From a virus, in IMG/VR virus record IMGVR_UViG_3300035181_002074, positions 64,001 to 128,000 of that record: 64,000 bases of DNA; one strand, 5' to 3'. The notes beneath the pieces are model-generated. The model searched no databases and had not been told where the DNA came from. It saw only the letters and a program-made list of their open reading frames with translations. The translations under genes were made by a program, and so were the position numbers. Positions 60,535 through 64,000 of the stretch are shown piece after piece. Numbering within the stretch: the first letter of the stretch is position 1; every line of letters begins with the position of its first letter.

Positions 60535-61689
60535 ATGGATAACCTTTGGTGTGCAATGGTGAGTAAGCAAATAGCCGACTCGATCCGTAAAGACCTTGAT
60601 GGTGGTCGATTTGCGGATGCTACCAATGCTACTAACCTACTTAAAGCATTCCAACAAAACATTTCCAATATGTGCCAGCAAAACGGTGGACGTGTTCACG
60701 TATTTTTGCCTGAATGGATGGTAATGGAATGTCCACAATCCGTTGCGGAACAAATCCCACAATTATTGGCAAGCTTCAATGAGCAAATTGGTCATTCAAT
60801 GGCCTGCGGTATAGGCTTAGATTTTTCAGAAGCCGTGAAAGCTGTTCATCAGTCTGAACGTAGTGGTGAAATCTGCTTATACGAAGAAAAGACCTTGAAG
60901 TCGGAAGGATTATCTATTCCGCCCAATCTTTTTGATTACACCGATCAATCAGTAGCTAATAATGATGGAACTAACGCAGAAGAGCAAGAATTTGCCTCTG
61001 CACCAGATTTCCAGAATTCAGTTAAATTAGCGCAAGCCCAAATCCAAGCAATCATCCAGCAATTAGGCGGAGATGCCCAAGAAAAAGCTCAACAACAAAT
61101 TCAGCAGATTCAACAACAACAAGCACAGGCGCAACAAGCTCAGCAACAGCCACGTGATCTTACGGAAGCGTTACATGGCCAACAAATCCAAGGTCGCAAT
61201 CCATACAGTGGTGATTCAGCTAAACCAGAAGATAAAAAAGAATCTAAATCCGATTCTAAAGAAACTAAAAAAGACGAACCAGAAGCATCCGAAGAAGATG
61301 ATGGAAACGACGAAGTCCAGCAAAAACTTGGCGCCGCATTATTACATATCAAACAGCAAATTCCACAACTAATGGATCTCGCTGAAAAGAATCCAGATGC
61401 ATTCAAACAGTCAATGTCACTTGTTCAAAAACTTTTGAATCTCACAAAAAAGACCAAAGGTCAAGTTGAGAAAAGTGAAATGGAAATCTTGACTGAGGAT
61501 TTAAATAAAAAAATTATCCATTTACCGGTTGGCACAATCAAAGACCGCAAGAAAAAAGTATTAGTAAATGGAAAAGCTGTATGGCGCAGTATCATCAGTG
61601 GAGAGGTCCGCGATTTACAAGGCCAGCCTGTTTCTGTGAAGTCATCTAATCTCTCCGCATCCAAAGGCAAGCAAGCCGGAGAGAAATAA
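60535..61689 (+). CDS. protein with degenerate mCpol/GGDEF-like N-terminal domain and Gln/acidic linker
   Basis: QQNGGRV...ACGIGLDFSEAVKA...SG pattern. Confidence 0.55.
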   Translation: MDNLWCAMVSKQIADSIRKDLDGGRFADATNATNLLKAFQQNISNMCQQNGGRVHVFLPEWMVMECPQSVAEQIPQLLASFNEQIGHSMACGIGLDFSEAVKAVHQSERSGEICLYEEKTLKSEGLSIPPNLFDYTDQSVANNDGTNAEEQEFASAPDFQNSVKLAQAQIQAIIQQLGGDAQEKAQQQIQQIQQQQAQAQQAQQQPRDLTEALHGQQIQGRNPYSGDSAKPEDKKESKSDSKETKKDEPEASEEDDGNDEVQQKLGAALLHIKQQIPQLMDLAEKNPDAFKQSMSLVQKLLNLTKKTKGQVEKSEMEILTEDLNKKIIHLPVGTIKDRKKKVLVNGKAVWRSIISGEVRDLQGQPVSVKSSNLSASKGKQAGEK

Positions 61690-61693
61690 TCTC

Positions 61694-62632
61694 ATGGCTG
61701 ATTCATTTAAAATCGGATGTAACGCCGAAGAAATAGCAACCCAGCTCGGAGTAGCAGTCGAAGAAGTCCAAGGCCAGCTCCAAAGCGCCATGGAAAATCT
61801 ATCTGCATCTACTCATGCATTCATCGTACAAAAAGCCAATACCGACCTTGCACATAATGATTATCTTCGTAATGCATTCTTAGGTAAAGGCGATAAAATC
61901 ACACATAATTTACAATCTGATCAGCATCCATTAGTATCACCCGATGCTAAGAATCTTCGTTGGAATAAGCTCGGTAATAATATGTGGGTAGTTGAACTTG
62001 ATGAAAGCGCTGCTTATATTAATGATGGTCGTGCGCGTATGTCCATGGCTACCGCCGAGTGGTTACTGAAGCCGAACGATAAACTACGTAGAGCTAAAGA
62101 TGGTTCAACTTATAAGGTTATCCCGATGCCTGCTGGTGGCGCGTCGCAACATGATGGTGGTGCCCAAATGGGTGCCTCAATGTTCTTGAAACATTCACTT
62201 AAGGCTGCTATTAAAAAAGCAGGGGTGAATATGAAGAAAATCGAAAACGACGAATTCGGTAAACCTAAAATGGGCATCCTTCATCATTTAGATACAAGTA
62301 AGTTTGAAGAAAAGGGACGCTCTATTCAGGGAGCTTATTCAAAACCAAGATCACCATCCGAAGCGGCTGCTACTGGACTCAAAGCCCATAGCGGAAATTT
62401 CATGATCGGGGGCGCTGCTGTTATTCAAAGAGCGGCTACCAATAAAGCAGGGGCAACTAAAGAAGCCGTAGTATTCCGCGTAGTATCCTCTAAGCATCAA
62501 GGAGAAGACCGATGGATGGCTCCAGAAGTACACGGCATTAAAGCCGTTGAAGCAGCATACGATTGGGCTCAAAAGGAATGGTCTGATATTCTTAAGCAGA
62601 TCGAAGAAGATTTTGCTAAGAAGATGACATAG
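61694..62632 (+). CDS. putative neck/tail-completion protein
   Basis: YKVIP, FRVVSSK...WMAP motifs. Confidence 0.5.
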   Translation: MADSFKIGCNAEEIATQLGVAVEEVQGQLQSAMENLSASTHAFIVQKANTDLAHNDYLRNAFLGKGDKITHNLQSDQHPLVSPDAKNLRWNKLGNNMWVVELDESAAYINDGRARMSMATAEWLLKPNDKLRRAKDGSTYKVIPMPAGGASQHDGGAQMGASMFLKHSLKAAIKKAGVNMKKIENDEFGKPKMGILHHLDTSKFEEKGRSIQGAYSKPRSPSEAAATGLKAHSGNFMIGGAAVIQRAATNKAGATKEAVVFRVVSSKHQGEDRWMAPEVHGIKAVEAAYDWAQKEWSDILKQIEEDFAKKMT

Positions 62633-62651
62633 TTATGGTATATATAGATAT

Positions 62652-63569
62652 ATGCCCAGTCATAAACTCAAAGTATTTGATTTGTTTAGCGGCATTGGTG
62701 GGTTTTCCAAAGGTTTAGAGCAAACCGGTTTATTTGAAACAGTTGGTTTTTGTGAAATTGAGCCATATTGCCAACAAGTCATCAAGAAGCATTGGCCACA
62801 CGTCAAGATCTTTGACGATATCAAATCTTTATCTAACAAAACTCCAGAACTTTCAGGTATAGATGTTTTATGCGGTGGATTTCCATGTCAAGATATCTCA
62901 ATCGCGGGTAAAGGTAAAGGCATAACCGGTGAAAGATCTGGATTATGGCAAGAATACAAGAGGGTAATTAATGAAGTAAGACCAAAATACGCAATTATTG
63001 AAAACGTCAGCGCACTCCTTGGCAGAGGACTTGAAACAGTCTTACAAGACCTTGCCGAAATCGGGTACGATGCGACTTACACGACCTTTGACAGCCAATT
63101 CTTCGGAGTCCCACAACGTAGACGTAGAGTGTACATTCTCGCAGTCCGCGATGGAATCTTGCCCGAATCCGATATCTTCGAGCTTGGAAAACGTGATAGT
63201 GAACAACTCGGACGAGAAATGGCAGCTATCAAAGAAGGCAGCGAGTGGAATTTTACGCAGAGAGATAGAAAGCAATATTCCTTTGCCTATTTTACTCGCC
63301 AACGCTCTGATCAGTATTCGTGCTGCGGAGTAAGCGGCACTTTAGCAAAAAGAGACTATAAAAGTTATACTGATCTGGTAGTGGATAATCATGGAGTACG
63401 CAGAGTGACACCACAAGAAAGAATGCTTTTACAGGGGCTTCCGGCTGATTGGCTAGATGGGTGCGGATTAACGAATATGCAAATGTTTTTATGTAATGGA
63501 ATGACCGTTCCTGTGGTATCATATATAGGGAATCGTTTATATGAATACAATCAAACAGCTCGAATTTAA
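62652..63569 (+). CDS. DNA cytosine-C5 methyltransferase
   Basis: DLFSGIGG, GGFPCQ, ENV, PQRRRR, RMLLQG, NG. Confidence 0.95.
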   Translation: MPSHKLKVFDLFSGIGGFSKGLEQTGLFETVGFCEIEPYCQQVIKKHWPHVKIFDDIKSLSNKTPELSGIDVLCGGFPCQDISIAGKGKGITGERSGLWQEYKRVINEVRPKYAIIENVSALLGRGLETVLQDLAEIGYDATYTTFDSQFFGVPQRRRRVYILAVRDGILPESDIFELGKRDSEQLGREMAAIKEGSEWNFTQRDRKQYSFAYFTRQRSDQYSCCGVSGTLAKRDYKSYTDLVVDNHGVRRVTPQERMLLQGLPADWLDGCGLTNMQMFLCNGMTVPVVSYIGNRLYEYNQTARI

Positions 63570-64000
63570 CGGAATTACTGTTGGTGATTTATTCTGTGGT
63601 GCTGGCATTGGTGGATTAGGGGCTAAACTAGCTGGAATCAAAACAGTGTATGCCTTTGATAATAATCGCATTGCGGTAGATACTTTTAATCGGAATGTAG
63701 AACCAGTAGCATATCTCGCGGACGCTAATCAGATAGAGGCTTCTCTTCTTCCTTATACTGACATTATTACTGCTGGGTTTCCTTGCAAGCCGTTTTCTGT
63801 CGCCGGTAAAGGTTTAGGAATTAAAGATCAGAAATACGGTAATTTAGGTACCATCGCGGTTAATATCATTTTGAACAAACAGCCCAAGGCTTTCTTATTA
63901 GAGAATGTAAAGGGAATTTTATCTAAATCAAATATGCCATCATTTGAAGCTTTATTGTTACCTCTCACCAAAGACTATAATATTACTTGGCAGTTGATCG
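63541..64000 (+). CDS. second DNA cytosine-C5 methyltransferase (partial)
   Basis: Translated by hand: DLFCGAG, AGFPCKPFS, FLLENVKG; runs off the window. Confidence 0.92.
   Translation, partial: MNTIKQLEFNGITVGDLFCGAGIGGLGAKLAGIKTVYAFDNNRIAVDTFNRNVEPVAYLADANQIEASLLPYTDIITAGFPCKPFSVAGKGLGIKDQKYGNLGTIAVNIILNKQPKAFLLENVKGILSKSNMPSFEALLLPLTKDYNITWQLI

Noticed and set aside
1-64000. Alternative genetic code; tRNA or rRNA genes
   Set aside because: Code 11 gives full-length, tightly packed genes using all three stops; no cloverleaf seen in the short intergenic gaps (not scanned by software).

Overview
64 kb of a large, low-GC, tailed dsDNA phage genome in standard genetic code. The left arm (1-23142, all minus strand) carries replication, recombination and metabolism genes: primase, subtilase, RecA, SSB-like protein, DnaE, phosphoesterase, class II RNR with an HNH gene, RuvC-like resolvase, SbcC, GroEL and an HTH protein. 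It diverges from the right arm at an AT-rich gap with a 29-bp inverted repeat (candidate origin). The right arm has a helicase, a phage sigma factor, GroES, SbcD, terminases, portal, a multidomain prohead protease, a 2042-aa repeat protein, scaffold, an SPO1/Twort-like major capsid, an early-type island (micro-ORFs, pentapeptide protein, nucleotidyltransferase, vWA/AAA pair), ClpP, neck genes and two tandem C5 methyltransferases. Main findings: (1) a canonical -1 ribosomal frameshift cassette (C CCU UUU, 5-nt spacer, GNRA-capped hairpin) in a small non-structural gene; (2) a recurrent K-S-E motif in head-region proteins that brackets enzyme-like modules (ParB/Srx, pseudokinase, transglycosylase, degenerate mCpol/GGDEF-like domain), suggesting protease-released capsid cargo; (3) a CCTAATAT late-promoter motif and several leaderless sigma70 transcripts; (4) a collapsed endonuclease VII remnant between the terminase genes. 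All family calls come from motif recognition by eye; no database search was run.
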